Shown here: positions 11,965 through 24,880 of the stretch, one piece after another
Layout: every line of letters begins with the position of its first letter
Position numbering within the stretch: position 1 is the first letter of the stretch
NCBI RefSeq assembly: GCF_963921235.1
Contig: NC_086108.1
Location: 97,342,001 to 97,406,000, forward strand
Length of the DNA stretch: 64,000 nt
Direction of reading: 5' to 3'
DNA from: Mobula hypostoma
Taxonomy: Eukaryota
Notes under the pieces: model-generated
Databases searched by the model: none
The model's input: only the letters and a program-made list of their open reading frames with translations
What the model was told of the DNA's origin: nothing
Translations under genes and position numbers: made by a program

Positions 11965-13500
11965 CTAAAGATTTGGTATAGAAGAGAGGGCATAAGATTT
12001 TTAGATCACTGGGCTCTCTTCCTGGCAAGGTGGAACCTATGCAGAAGGGACAATTTGCACCTGAACTGGAGTGGGACTAACATCCTAGCGGGAAGGTTTG
12101 TTAATGCTGCACGGTGGAAATCAAATTGCAAGGGGATGGGAACCAGAGTGACATAACAGATAGTGGAGAGGATGTGGAGGCAGAGGTTGGTAAGACCTCA
12201 GTCAAAGTTCGGAATCAAAAGGTTGAGATGATGCTGCTGGTATCCCGAGCTGCATATATTTCAATGCAGGAAGTATCATGGGAAAGGTGGATGACAGTGA
12301 TGAAAATGAGGTAGCTAGTTTACAAAAAGAGGCAACGTATAGTGAAGAGAAGCCGTTGATAGGGCAAAATTCCAGTCAACAGGATGAGTTGCAACATAAA
12401 AGGTGGACAAAATTGAAAAGGGCAATTACAGGACTGAAGGTGTCGTATTTGAATGCGCGCAGTATGTGGAATAAGGTAGATGAACTTGCAGCACAGTTGC
12501 AGGTAGGCTAGGAGCTTAATGTCCAAGGATACACATTGTCACAAAAGGGCAGGCAGGAACGTTACTCTGTTGGTAAAAAATGAAATCAAATCATTAGAAA
12601 GAGGTTTCATAGGGTCGGAAACTGTTGAATCATTGTGGATAGAACTAAGGATCTGCAAGGGTAAAAAGACCCTGATGTGAGTTGTATACAGACTCCCAAA
12701 CAGTAATAAGGACGTGGCCTACAATATTACAATGGGAAATAGAAAACACATCCCAAAAGAGCAATATTACAATAGTCGTGGAGACTTCAATATGCAGGTC
12801 GATTGGGAAAATCAGGTTGGTGCTGGGTACCAGGAGGGGGAATTTCTAGAGTGCCTATGAAGTGGCTTTTTAGAGCAGCTTGTGGCTGAGCCACCACGGG
12901 ATCAGCTATTCTAGGTTGGATGTTGTGAAATGAACCAGAATTGATTAGAGATCAGAGAACCCTTAGGGGAGAATTATCATAAAATGATTGAATTCACCCT
13001 GAATAAGGTATTTGTGCCCTTATCTTCGAAAGGATGTGAAAAGGGTTCAAAAGAGGTTCACAAAAACGAATCCAGGCCTGACATATGAAGAATGTTTGAT
13101 GGCTCTGGGCCTGTAGTCACTAAAATTCAGAAGAATGAGGGGTGACCTCATTGAAATCTATTGATTGGTGAAAGGCCTTGATAGAGTGGATGTGGAGAGG
13201 CTGTTTCCTATGGTGGGAGAGTCTAAGACCACAGCTTCACAATAGAGGGGCGTCCTTTTTGAATGGAGATAAGGAGGTGAATCTATAGAATTCTTTGCCA
13301 CAGACAACTGTTTAGGCCAAGTCTTTATGTATATTTAAGACAGAGGTTGATATATTCTTGATTGGTTAGGACATGAAAAGATAACGGAAGAAGGCAGGAG
13401 ATTGGGGCTGAGAGGAAAATTGGAATAGCCATGATAAAATGGCTGAGCAGTCTTGATGGGCCGAACAGCCTAGTTCTGCTCCTATATCGTGTGGTTTTGC
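11965..13500 (+). mobile_element. CR1 LINE remnant with ORF1 esterase-like, ORF2 endonuclease and 3' end pieces
   Basis: RREGIRFLDHW...DNLHLNWSGTNILAGRF (SGNH-like); YLNARSMWNKVDEL and IVVGDFN-like endonuclease motifs; CR1 3' end 13005-13500. Confidence 0.8.
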
Positions 13501-13914
13501 TACATGGGCAACAGCTTGCTCTCCATATCACACTGCCCAGGCTTGCGTATCTAGACAGCTAGGACGCATCCAGTCTGACCTTGACCAATGCAGGCCTCCC
13601 TCATTCACTTTTTAATCCTATTAAAGGAAAAAAATGTTGTAGAATTATTCAGTAAAGGAAAACAACAAAAACCTGCAGATGGTGAAAATCTGAAGTAAAC
13701 ACAGGAAATGTTAAGAATAGTTACAGGTCAGACAGCAACTACTGAAAGAGATAAGAGTTCATGCTTCAGATCAAAGACATTTCAGACCCTTGATCAATTC
13801 TGCTATGTTACTCTGTTTCTCTTTCCACAGATGCCATTTGATACGTTGAATGTTTCCAGCCTATTTTCTTTACTTCACCCCTCAAACATGTCCATCATAC
13901 AAGGAAATTACTTT

Positions 13915-14123
13915 TAAACACAAGACATTCTGCGGATGCTGGAAATCCTGAATGACACACACAAAATGCTAAAGGAACTCAGCAAGTCAGGCAACATCTA
14001 TGGAGAGGAATTATACTCCTCTTCCCTTCCAGTCTTGATGAAGGGTGTTGGCCCAAAACGTTGACTGTTTTATTACCCTCCATTGATTATGCCTAACCTT
14101 CTGAGTTCTTCCTGCATTCTGTG
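13915..14123. mobile_element. mini fold-back PLE insertion
   Basis: Inverted PLE terminal arms; 12-bp TSD GGAAATTACTTT (13903-13914 / 14124-14135); decayed hammerhead 14030-14067. Confidence 0.8.
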
Positions 14124-14182
14124 GGAAATTACTTTGCTACAATATAATACATTAGTTGTAAGTTGTATATCATTAACAGTTA

Positions 14183-14425
14183 TGTTTTGTAACTTCAAAA
14201 CATTAAACTAATTCAAAGGAAGACACGGGAGACAGGGAATGCTTGTTTAACTTCGGGTTTACTTTAAGCCAAGCACACCCCTATGATGTGATAGTGTGAT
14301 TATGTATGCATTTCACGTATTTATATATATAACAGTAATGAATTATTTAAATGAACAATGATGCTTAATCAAACAATATGTATACAGCATCACTCAAATA
14401 TTATTGAAATATTAAATGCACAACA
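14183..14425 (-). mobile_element. Gypsy-like 3' LTR with adjacent polypurine tract
   Basis: TGTT...AACA termini; CTCCTCCT (reverse PPT) at 14426-14433; internal sequence appears to resume at about 15670-15825. Confidence 0.65.
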
Positions 14426-14454
14426 CTCCTCCTTGCTTAGCTATAAACTTAACT

Positions 14455-15670
14455 GTAAGAAATGATATGCTGGCATTGGGGAGGATCCAGATGAGATTCA
14501 CAAGGATGATTCTGGAAATGAAAGGGTTATCATGTGAGGAAAATTTTATGGCTCTGAGCCTGTACTCTGTGGAATTTAGAAGGATAAGGAGGTATCTTAT
14601 TGAAACCTTTCAAATGTTGAAAGGCTCTGGACAGAGTAGATGTGGAAAGGATGTTTCCCATGGTGGGGGAATCTAGGACAAGAGGGCATATCCTCAGGAT
14701 AGAGGGGCATCCACTTAAAACAGAGATGTGGAGAAATTTTTTAGGCAGAGGGTGGTGAATATGTGGAATTTATTGCCACAGTTAGCTGTGGAGGCCGGGC
14801 CATTGGGTGTATTTAAGGAAGAGATTGATAGGTTCTTATATTTTTGTAATTCAAATTTTTATTATTATTTATTCTTATTTTACAAAGCAGCACAACGTGT
14901 CATAGAGCAGATAGAGTACAGCATATTTACACAGCCATCCCATGACAGGAAAACAAGTAAAACTTAGAGACAGAAGGAAGTTCTATTTGAAGTTTAAATT
15001 AACATACAACCAAAATTGATCCCACGCGTCTTGCACTTTTCCCTCACTGTTAATTCTTCCCAACATGTGTTCATTTGATGAAATCTTAATCACTTCCTCA
15101 GTCCATTCCTTCACAGTGGGACATCTGGGTTTTTTCCAGTTTTGCAATATAATTCTTGCAACTGTGATGAGACCACCTGTAAAATAGTGAACTTGTCATT
15201 GTTTATATTAGGTATCATTGTCCTATCACCCAGAAGACAAAGCCATGGGCACAAGGGCAGTGTGGAACCCGACCAACTCCCCAACAAATCAAGAACTTTA
15301 CACCAAAATGTAAAGTTACCTACTGTATTTACACTTTTAATCTTCCATTCTTTCCAGTACACCATTCTTTTCCCAATGAATATCTCAGGGTTATTCCAGA
15401 GTGAGGAGTATAACTGGTTTAAATGTGACATTCTACAAACGTTATGAATTGTACTCTACACACTCCTTGAGTGAGATAGTATAGGATTTAGATTAGTCTT
15501 GTTATTGATAGGTTCTTGTTTGGCCACAACATCGAAGGTTACAGGGAGAAGAACGGGGAGTGGGGCTGAGGAGGGGAGAAAAAAGGATCAGCCATGATTG
15601 AATAGCCGAGCAAACTCAATGGACCGAATGGCCTAATTCTGCTCCTATGTCTTATGGACTTATAGTCTTA
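14455..15670 (+). mobile_element. CR1 3' fragment interrupted by an L1 fragment
   Basis: QMRFTRMI and QRVVNMWNLLP motifs; CR1 tail at 15620-15670. Confidence 0.85.
14838..15503 (-). mobile_element. L1-clade 3' fragment
   Basis: 14-bp TSD ATTGATAGGTTCTT (14824-14837 / 15504-15517); A-rich tail on minus strand; ORF2-like remnants (SSLWNNPEI, LCPWLCLLG). Confidence 0.75.
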
Positions 15671-15844
15671 AACTCCAATTCAATAGAGAATGCATCCCAA
15701 CTATATACAGAGTATACTATATAATACAACTACTATATGCAGACATCCACAGCATGGTAAACTTTAAATTGTCCCATTGATGCCCGAAGATTTAATCACT
15801 GTGGAAGGAGTCATACTCTTGTGTGATATGCCACGCCAGGGTAT

Positions 15845-17152
15845 ATTTGAAGACCCTGGAGAGACTTGTTCTGGAGCTGCTCCGGCCTATGGTCAGGCCA
15901 CACTTAGATCCCCTCCAGTTCGCCTACCAGCCCTGACTAGGAGTTGAGGATGGCATCGTCTACCTGCTGAACCGTGTCTATGCCCACCTGGACAAGTCAG
16001 CGAGCACTGTTAGGGTCATATTTTTTTACTTCTCCAGTGCGTTCAACACCATCCGCCCTGCTCTGCTGGGGGAGAAGCTGACAGTGATGCAGGTGGATGC
16101 TTCCCTGGTGTCATGGATTCTTGATTACCTGACTGGCAGACCACAGTACGTGTGCTTGCAACACTGTGTGTCCGACAGAGTGATCAGCAACACTAGGGCT
16201 CCATAGGGGGCTGTCTTGTCTCCCTTTCTCTTCATCATTTACACCTCGGACTTCAACTACTGCACAGAGTCTTGTCATCTTCAGAAGTTTTCGGATGACT
16301 CTGCCATAGTTGGATGCATCAGCAAGGGAGATGAGGCTGAGTACAGGGCTACAGTAGGAAACTTTGTCACATAGTGTGAGCAGAATTATCTGCAGCTTAA
16401 TGTGAAAAAGACTAAGGAGCTGGTGGTAGACCTGAGGAGAGCTAAGGTACCGATGACCCCTGTTTCCATCCAGGGGGTCAGTGTGGACATGGTGGAGGAT
16501 TACAAATGCCTGGGGATACGAATTGACAATAAACTAGACTGGTCAAAGAACACTGAGGCTGTCTACAAGAGGGGTCAGAGCCATCTCTATTTCCTGAGGA
16601 GACTGAGGTCCTTTAACATCTGCCGGACGATGCTGAGGATGTTCTACGAGTCTGTGGTGGCCGGTGCTATCATGTTTGCTGTTGTGTGCTGGGGCAGCAG
16701 GCTGAGGGTAGCAGACACCAACAGAATCAACAAACTCATTCGTAAGGCCAATAATGTTGTGGGGATGGAACTGGACTCTCTCACGGTGGTGTCTGAAAAG
16801 AGGATGCTGTCTAAGTTGCATGCCATCTTGGTCAATGTCTCCCATCCACTACATAATGTACTGGGTTGGCACAGGAGTACATTCAGCCAGAGACTCATTC
16901 CACCGAGATGCAGCACTGAGCGTCATAGGAAGTCATTCCTGCCTGTGGCTAGCAAACTTTACAACTCCTCCCTTGGAGGGTCAGACACCCTGAGCCAATA
17001 GGCTGGTCCTGGACTTATTTCATAATTTACTGGCAGAATTTACATATTACTATTTAACTATTTATGGTTCTATTACTATTTATTATTTATGGAGCAACCG
17101 TAACGAAAACCAATTTCCCCCGGGATCAATAAAGTATGACTATGACTATGAC
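15845..17152 (+). mobile_element. Rex1/Babar LINE, 5'-truncated, fairly intact RT
   Basis: LDPLQFAY, FSSAFNTI, KFSDD, KKTKELVVDLRR (ORF 16402-17001); AATAAA then (TATGAC)3 tail. Confidence 0.9.
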
Positions 17153-17374
17153 CACTATTTAATATTTCTCTGGGAGTTTGAATGTAGCCTTAGTTCATAG
17201 TCACATCTTCAGCTTCAGGGCCTTAAATCATAGAAGCACCTTCCTTAACCTTTCTGTGGAGTTATTGACAAAATTGTGAAACATCCTTTCAGCTTATCCT
17301 GGGCAACTGGAAGTACCTCCCAGTCTGACCCCATTTTAACTGGTTAGTAAGTCTCACATGGTTAATTTAAATTA

Positions 17375-17765
17375 GAACATTGAACAGAGGAATAGTACAG
17401 CACTATACAGGCCTTTCAGCCCATGATGCTGTGTCGACCTATTAATTTACTCTACGATCAATCTAGATCTTCCTTCCCACATAACCCTCCATTTTTCTAT
17501 CATCCATATGCATATCTAAGAGTTTCTTAAATACCCCAATGTAACTGCCTCTATCACCACCATGGGCAACATGTTCCACCACCCATCACTCTCTGCAAAA
17601 ACCTCTGAAATCTCCCCTTTACTTTTCCTCTGGTCACCACCCACATCCCTCCTACGTTCTTCCAATCACCTTAAAATTATTGCCTTCGTATTAGCTATTT
17701 CCACGCTGGGAGAGTCTCTAGCTATCCACTTGAGCTATGCCTCTTAAAATCTTGCACGCCTCTAC
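17375..17765 (-). mobile_element. CR1 3' end
   Basis: AGTACAGCAC...AGGCCTTTCAGCCCA reverse CR1 terminus followed by RT C-terminal remnant. Confidence 0.7.
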
Positions 17766-18889
17766 CAATTCATTGTCAAATGTAAATCAAGTTCTTCCAC
17801 ATCATGAGGAGTATTTTCACTTATTTCAAACATAAACTTTATTCACAATATATACAGAAATTAATAAGAAGTTCAAAACTCCTTATATTCTGAGTGTCAT
17901 TTGAACAATCGTTCAGTAGTGTTAACACTTTCACGATTGCTACCAGATGTGTGGGTATGATCTCCAGAAAGCTACCTCACAGGGGAAGTGGAGATTTCGG
18001 ACTAAACTGGAATCAATGAGGATGCTCGACAGCTGGGGCAATGTCTGAATGCCATAATCTCCTACAAATTTAAACCTTGCATCACAGGGGACAGCAGAGC
18101 TTTGCTTCCGAATGAGCTTAATGCCTTTTATGCTTACCCTAACAGGGAGACACCATTGCACACCCCCATATCTCCCAATGATCCTTTGGTTTTGGTATCT
18201 GAAGGTGACATGCAGGCTGCCTTCAAGAGAGTGAATCCAAGGAGTATCAGGTCCAGACAGATTACATGGCCGAACACTGAAGACCTGTGCCAACCAACTA
18301 GCTGGTGTGTTCACAGATATCTTCAACCTTTCACTTTGGCAGTGTGTGGTGCCCACCCGCTTCAAGCAGGCTTCAATCATACCAGTGCCCAAGAAGAGTG
18401 TGGTGACCTGCGTCAATGACTATCGCCCAGTGGCACTTACGCCCACAGTGATGAAATGTTTTGAGAGGCTGGTGTTGAAGATAGGGGTGACTTGTATCTG
18501 CTCCAATTTTCCTACCAAAGCAACAGGTCCATAGCAGATGCTATCTCAATGGCTCTTCGCACAACCCGGTTACATCTGGACAGCGAAGATGCATGCATCA
18601 AGATGCTCTTTATCGATAACAGCTCAGCATTTAATATGATCATCCCCTCAAAACTAATCAGTAAACTTCAAGACCTGGGCCTCAATACCCCCTTGTGCAA
18701 TTGGATCCTGGATTTCCTCACTTGCTGATCCCAGTCAGTTTGGATTGGCAAAAACATCCCCTCCACAATCTTCATCAGCACAGGAGCACCACAGGGATCT
18801 GTACTTAGCCCCCTGCTCTACTTGCTTTGCACCAATGATTGAGTGGCTAAGTATAACTCCAACACTATATACAAGTTTGCTGATCACAT

Positions 18890-19660
18890 CAGGGTAAAAC
18901 ATACACGGTAAATGGTAAGACACTGAGGAGCGCAGCAGAACAGAGGGATCTGGGAATACAAATACAAAATTCCCTAAAAGTTGCGTTGCAGGTAGATAGG
19001 GTCGTAAAGAGAGCTTTTGGTACATTGGCCTTTATTAATCAAAGTATTGTGTGTAAGAACTGGAATGTTATGATGAGGTTGTATAAGGCATCGGTGAGGC
19101 CGAATCTGGAGTATGGTGTTCAGTTCTAGTCACCAAATTACAGGAAGGATATTAATAAGGTTGAAAGAGTTCAGAGAAGGTTTACAAGGATGTTGCCGGG
19201 ACTTGAGAATCTCAGTTACAGAGAAAGCTTGAATAGGTTAGGACTTTATTCCCTGGAGCGTAGGAGAATGAGGGGAGATTTGATAGAGGAATATAAAATA
19301 ATGAAGGGTATAGATAGAGTGAATGCAAGCAGGCATTTTCCACTGAGGCAAGGGGAGAAAAAAACCAGAGGACATAGGTTAAGGGTGAAGGGGGAGAAGT
19401 TTAAAGGGAACATTACGGGGGGCTTCTTCACACAGAGAGTGGTGGGAGTGTGGAATGAGCTGCCAGACGAGGTGGTAAATGTGGGTTCTTTTTTAACATT
19501 TAAGAATAAATTGGACAGATACATGGCTGGGAGGTGTATGGAGGGATATGGTCCGTGTGCAGGTCAGTGGGACTAGGCAGAAAATAGTTCGGCATAGCCA
19601 AGAAGGGCCAAAAGGCCTGTTTCTGTGCTGTAGTTTTTCTATGGTTTCTATGGTTTTTCT
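18890..19660 (+). mobile_element. CR1 3' fragment
   Basis: ORF 19190-19576 (LERRRMRGDLIE, FFTQRVVGVWNELP); (TTTCTATGG)n tail. Confidence 0.9.
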
Positions 19661-20135
19661 ATCGCTGTTGTTGGCCGTATCAGAGGTAGTGCTGAATCAG
19701 CATACAGGAGGGAAATTGAAAATTTGGCCAAATGGTGTAATATCAATGACGTTTCAGTAAATGTCAATAACGTCAAAGAACTGATAGTAGACTTCAGGGG
19801 AGGGAAACCAGAGGTCCATGAGCCAGTAATTACCCGAGGATCAGAGGTGGAAAGGTTCAGAAACTTTAAATTCCTGGGTGTCACTGTCTCAGAGGACCTG
19901 TCCTGGACCCATCATGTAAATATAATTGCAAAGAAAGCACAACAGTGCCTCTACTTCCTCAGGATTCCGCAGAGATTGGCATGTCATCAAAAACCTTGGC
20001 AAACTTCTATAGATGTGTGGTGAAAAGACTATTGACTGGCTGCGTTACGGCCTGGTATGGGAGCACCAATGCCTTTGAGTGGCAAATTCTACAAAATTAT
20101 TTTTGTAGGATTTGGCCCAGTACATCATGGGTAAA

Positions 20136-20299
20136 GGCAGCATCTCTAGGAAGAGGTGCAGTCGACGTTTCAGTCGAAGGGTCTCGGCCTGAAACGTCGA
20201 CTGTACCTCTTCCTAGAGATGCTGCTTGGCCTGCTGCGTTCACCAGCAACATTTATGTGTGTTGCTTGAATTTCCAGCATCTGCAGAATTCCTGTTGTT
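20136..20299. mobile_element. mini fold-back PLE insertion (164 bp)
   Basis: Exact 15-bp TSD TACATCATGGGTAAA (20121-20135 / 20300-20314); inverted arms 20137-20173 / 20189-20225. Confidence 0.9.
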
Positions 20300-20789
20300 T
20301 ACATCATGGGTAAACCTCTTCCAACCATTGAGCACATCTACATGAAACACTGTCGTAGGAAAGCAGCATCCATCATCAAAGATCCTCACCACCCAGGCCA
20401 TGCTCTTTTCTCACTGCCGCCATCAGGTAGAATGTACAAGCACCTCAGGTCTCACACCACCAGGTTCAAGAACAATTACTACCCCTCAACCGTCGGGCTC
20501 TTGAACAAAAAAGGGGTAACTACACTCATTCTATTTCTGGTGTTCCCACAACTGATGATCTCACTTTAAGGACTCTTTATCTTGTTATTTCATACTCGTT
20601 ATTTATTGCTATTCATTTATATTTGAATTTGCACAATTTGTTGCTCATTGACCGTTTACAGTTACTGTTCTGTAGATTTGCTGGGTATGCCCGAGGGAAA
20701 AAAGCCTCAAGGTTGTATGTGGTGACGTGTATGTACTCTGATAATAAACTTCACTTTGAACTTTTGCACTTTGCTTTTTAACTATAACA

Positions 20790-21340
20790 CCTTTGCCACT
20801 AAAGTGGCCCCCCTGCGACAATACACACTTTTATTGTGTGAAGGGTTTTCCCACCGGTCTCAACCCCTCTGTGTCCAGCAGGGGACGGACACTAGACTGC
20901 AGTCCCTCTCCGCAGAGCCATCTCCACAGGTTGTACCGAGCTTCGGTGTGCCTGAATGTGCCAGTTGGCGACATTCCCTTACGAACACCTCACTCTGCTG
21001 GAAGACCAACAGTTTTCAGTGAAACAAAAAGCATCCTTCACTGAGTTGCCGACCTTCCAGCAGCACTTGATGCCTGTCATGATGTGACCCAAGGAGCAGC
21101 CTGTAGATCAGAGTCCTCTGTTACGCAACTGCTTGGGACAAACCGTGTAAAGGACCCTTTCCCTACCCTCTCTGCAAATCCGTGAGGAGGCCTCTTCAGG
21201 CTTGCCAGGAGGCCTGCCAGTACATTGTACAGGACACAAAGGTAGCAGAGACCTGACCAGATGGATCTTTGGATTTCATGCCCTGCTCTCTGAGCCCAAC
21301 AACTGCAAGTGACTCGATTGGTTCACCTTGTGAATTCCAG
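20790..21340 (-). mobile_element. Tx1/L1-like ORF2 C-terminal remnant
   Basis: Minus-strand translation across frameshifts resembles RFVPSSCVTEDS...KCCWKV.NSVKDA...LLVFQ. Confidence 0.5.
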
Positions 21341-21343
21341 ATA

Positions 21344-22876
21344 CAGGTGTCCCCTGCTTTTCGAACGTTTGCTTTACGAAACCTCACTATTATGAAAGAC
21401 CTACATTAGTACCCTATTTTCGCTTTCAGAAGGTGTTTTCACTGTTACAAAAAATAAATTCAGCGCGCGATAAAAGGCAGCGCGCCCCGAGCAGCCACTC
21501 TCCCCTGGATTCGGAACTGCTTTGCTTTAACACAAGCCTGTGAGCAGCCGTTTGCAAGATGAGTTCTATGGTATCGGAAAAGCCTGAAAGAGCTCGTAAG
21601 GGTGTTACAGTTACGGTAGAACTAGACATAATTAAGCATTTTGATCATGGTGAACGAAGTAAGGACAACGTGAGTTTGGCTTGTGGAAGCTGACGAACAT
21701 GATGTTGAAGAGGTTTTGGCATCCCATCACCAAGAACTGACAGATGAAGAGCTGATGCAATTGGAAGAAAAAAGGATAACAATCGAAACCGAATGAGTAA
21801 TGATAAAGTACGACTTTAATTTTGAAAGGGTACGTCGGCTTAGGGGATATTTGCAGGATGGTTTGAGTCCTTATTAAAGAACTGTGTGATAGAAAAATGC
21901 GCGAGGCTCAGCAGTCAAGCAAGCCTTCCACATCAGCCACAGCAGACGACGAACCTAGACCTTCGACATCGAGGCAGGCAGTCATAGGAGAAGATGAGCT
22001 GCCTGCTCTAATGGAAACAGGCGACGAGATGACACCCCAGTGTCCCACCACTCCAACCTCCAGGTCACGGACAGATACCGATTCGCGGAGAATGCAAAGG
22101 TAGCCGGGAGGCACACAGCACATCTTTAAGAAAAAGGCCGAAATAAACATGTTATTTAATTAGGTGCCGCTGACACGTAATTGTCGGCCCAGATCAGAGA
22201 CGACGCAATCAGAAATCGGCACTGATCTGGGCTGACAATTACGGGCGGCACTTAATTAATTAGCATGTTTGTTTCGGCTTTTTTCTTAAAGATGTGCTGT
22301 GTACCTCCCGGCTACCGCTGGACCCCCGCGTTCTTCGCGGCAATGAATCACACAGCGGCCTGGAGGGTGGGGGCCACTGCACCACCCAACCTGCAATGAC
22401 TCAGTCTAACACACCATCATCAGTGTGCTCACTGTCTTCCCGATTCTCGTAAGTGTTACTACACTGTACATACATTATTTCTACTTTATATAGGCTGTGT
22501 ATTTTTATGTGTCATATGGTATGATTTGGCAGCTTCATAGCTTAAAGGTTACTGGAGAGCGCTTACGCCGTGTTTTTGCCAACAGCGCTTGCTTGAGATT
22601 TTCGCTACAGAGAACAGTTCAGTAATGATTGTGGAAAAGTATTTCTACTTTATATAGGCTGTGTATTTATCATATCTTTCCTGCTTTTACTATATGTTAC
22701 TGTTATTTTAGGTTTATGTGTTATTTGGCATGATTTGGTAGGTTACTTTTGGGTCTGCGAATGCTCACAAAATTTTCCCATATAAATAAATGGTAATAGT
22801 TTCTTCGCTTTATGACATTTCGGCTTACGAACCGTTTCATAGGAACGCTGTACCTTCGGATGGCAGGGGAAACCTG
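21344..22876 (+). mobile_element. Tigger/pogo-family DNA transposon, internally deleted, copy 2
   Basis: TA-CAGGTGTCCCCTGC...GCAGGGGAAACCTG-TA; colinear with 2404-3967. Confidence 0.88.
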
Positions 22877-23699
22877 TACTTTCAACATTCCCTCCTCAGT
22901 TTGCTTGGGTTTATCCCAGCTCTAGGGTGTCCAGGGAAGGATAGCCCGTCTGGTATAGGGGCTTGTCTGGGGCAGTGCTCACCTGTTGATCTTCATTGGG
23001 CACTTGGCTCTCACCTGTGGCTCCAAGTAGCTGTTTGTATGGGACAGCGATCACACCCCTGTACGCCGTTCCGACAGGTGGGCGAAAGCAAGTGAGAGTA
23101 CCTGGCCGACCTCATATCCTGGTGAGACATGGACAGGCCTGGCCTTGCATGCGGTGTCAGTTCTAGTGGACTGGGAAGAGGAGATCATCAATCCAATGGC
23201 CAGGAAGGCAGTTCTGCAACACTGCATGGAGAACGAAGGGCGTGACGAGGCACAGAAGAAGTCATGGTCATTCACAGCATACAAGGAAGACCCCAGTTGT
23301 GATGACTACTCATACCACTGGACACAGACTATCGAAGTCAAGAGGGTGGAAATGCCCCAGCGCAATGGCTTTTCCAGTTTAAAAACTCTCCTGCACAGGT
23401 GTCAGAACTGTCATTGTCAGATTTCATGGACAAACAATCACTCGAATCAATCAACCCCGCTCCAGTGTGGCAACCCTACTGAATTCTCCTCCTGGACATC
23501 CGTTACAACTAGCGCGCGGGAGGAGGAGGTGTGGAAAACACAAGAGAAAACCCCACCCCTAAGATCAATCTACAAGCGTAAACTGGGTGTTTATCAGCTG
23601 TGATTCGAACACCATGGTGAGCGTAAATTCCATAGGTAACTCGCAGTGAAATTAACTGAACAGATTGATGATTTAATATAATTGGTTCATTCTGGGAAC

Positions 23700-24125
23700 A
23701 CAAATCTGGAGAGTATGGATTATGATCAGAGATTAAGCGAGCTAGGGCTTTACTCTTTGGAGAGAAGGAGGATGAGAGGAGACATGATAGTGGTGTACAA
23801 GATAATAAGAGGAATAGATAGAGTGGATAGCCAGCGCCTCTTCCCCAGGGCACCACTGCTCAATACAAGAGGACATGGCTTTAAGGTAAGGGGTGGGAAG
23901 TTCAAGGGGGATATTAGAGGAAGGTTTTTTACTCAGAGAGTGGTTGGTGCGTGGAATGCACTGCCTGAGTCAGTGTTGGAGGCAGATACACTAGTGAAGT
24001 TTAAGAGACTACTAGACAGGTACATGAAGGAATTTAAGGTGGGGGCTTATATGGGAGGCAGGGTTTGAGGGTCGGCACAACTTTGTGGGCCGAAGGGCCT
24101 GTAATGTGCTGTACTGTTCTATATA
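23700..24125 (+). mobile_element. CR1 3' end
   Basis: ORF 23682-24068 (LERRRMRGDMI, FFTQRVVGAWNALP); GGGCCGAAGGGCCTGT terminus. Confidence 0.9.
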
Positions 24126-24194
24126 AAAAAAAATTAGAAGTTTCAGTGCTCAGCTAAAAAAAAAGGAGTCTAAACTTCAATCAGCAAGAGTCGT

Positions 24195-24405
24195 TTGGGG
24201 TGGTGGTAGTGTAACGCTCGGCATATTGCTGTTACATTGACAGCGACCGGGGTTCTACACGTTCTCCCTGTGACTGCATGGGGTTCCCCTGGGTGCTCTG
24301 GCTTCTTCTCACATTCCAAAAACATGCGGGTTAGTAGCTTAATTGGTGCAATTGGACAGTGTGGGCTTGTTGGGCCTGTTACCGTGCTGTATCTCTAAAC
24401 AAAAA
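24195..24405 (+). mobile_element. V-SINE/HE1-like SINE
   Basis: tRNA-like head, GTTCTCCCTGTGACTGCATGGG...GGGTGCTCTGG core, CR1-like tail. Confidence 0.65.
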
Positions 24406-24733
24406 AGAAATTGAAGCGGCTGAGCAGCGAGAGATGTGGCAAATAAATGCAGGTAACGTTGCTGAGAATCAACAGGCAGGAGTGCCTCACAGGCAAAGGC
24501 ACTGCTATTTAATCCTGTGATGTGACGGTTAATTTGGCCGAATTAAGGTGCTGATGAAGTAGCTGCTGGTATAAACATTATTTCATTTAGTCAGGAAAAG
24601 GGTAATGCAAGTTGAAAGCGGATGCTTAACACGCGTCACACTTAATTTTCTTACTTAACCATGTATTGGATTGGGTGTCAATGATTTGTGCCTCGGTTTC
24701 TGTGGGGTTCACTCAGCAAACTAAAAAACTAAT

Positions 24734-24880
24734 GAGTTTGGAGGAACTCAGCAGGTCAGGTAGCACTGGGGCTGAAACACCAACTGCTTATTCATTTCCA
24801 TAGATGCTGCCTGACCTGCAGAGTTCCTCCAACATTTTGTGTGTGCTGCTTTGGATTTCCAGCATCCGCATAGCTTCTTG
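24734..24880. mobile_element. degenerate mini fold-back PLE
   Basis: TGGAGGAACTCAGCAGGTCAGG inverted against CCTGACCTGCAGAGTTCCTCCA; no clear TSD. Confidence 0.7.

Larger units (their letters stand above)
17940..20765 (+). mobile_element. Rex1/Babar LINE (decayed) hosting a CR1 fragment and a mini-PLE
   Basis: [37 protein letters not shown] motifs are colinear across both insertions. Confidence 0.85.

Noticed and set aside
13660..13868. Older fold-back PLE-like hairpin
   Set aside because: Probably real but too decayed to define arms or TSD, so not counted in the family
17153..17370. Continuation of the Gypsy internal region
   Set aside because: No convincing motif could be read
23145..23603. 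152-aa ORF
   Set aside because: No recognisable motifs; overlaps a repeat whose reverse complement recurs near 63190-63530
24195..24260. tRNA gene
   Set aside because: Only a decayed tRNA-like SINE head; I could not build a cloverleaf
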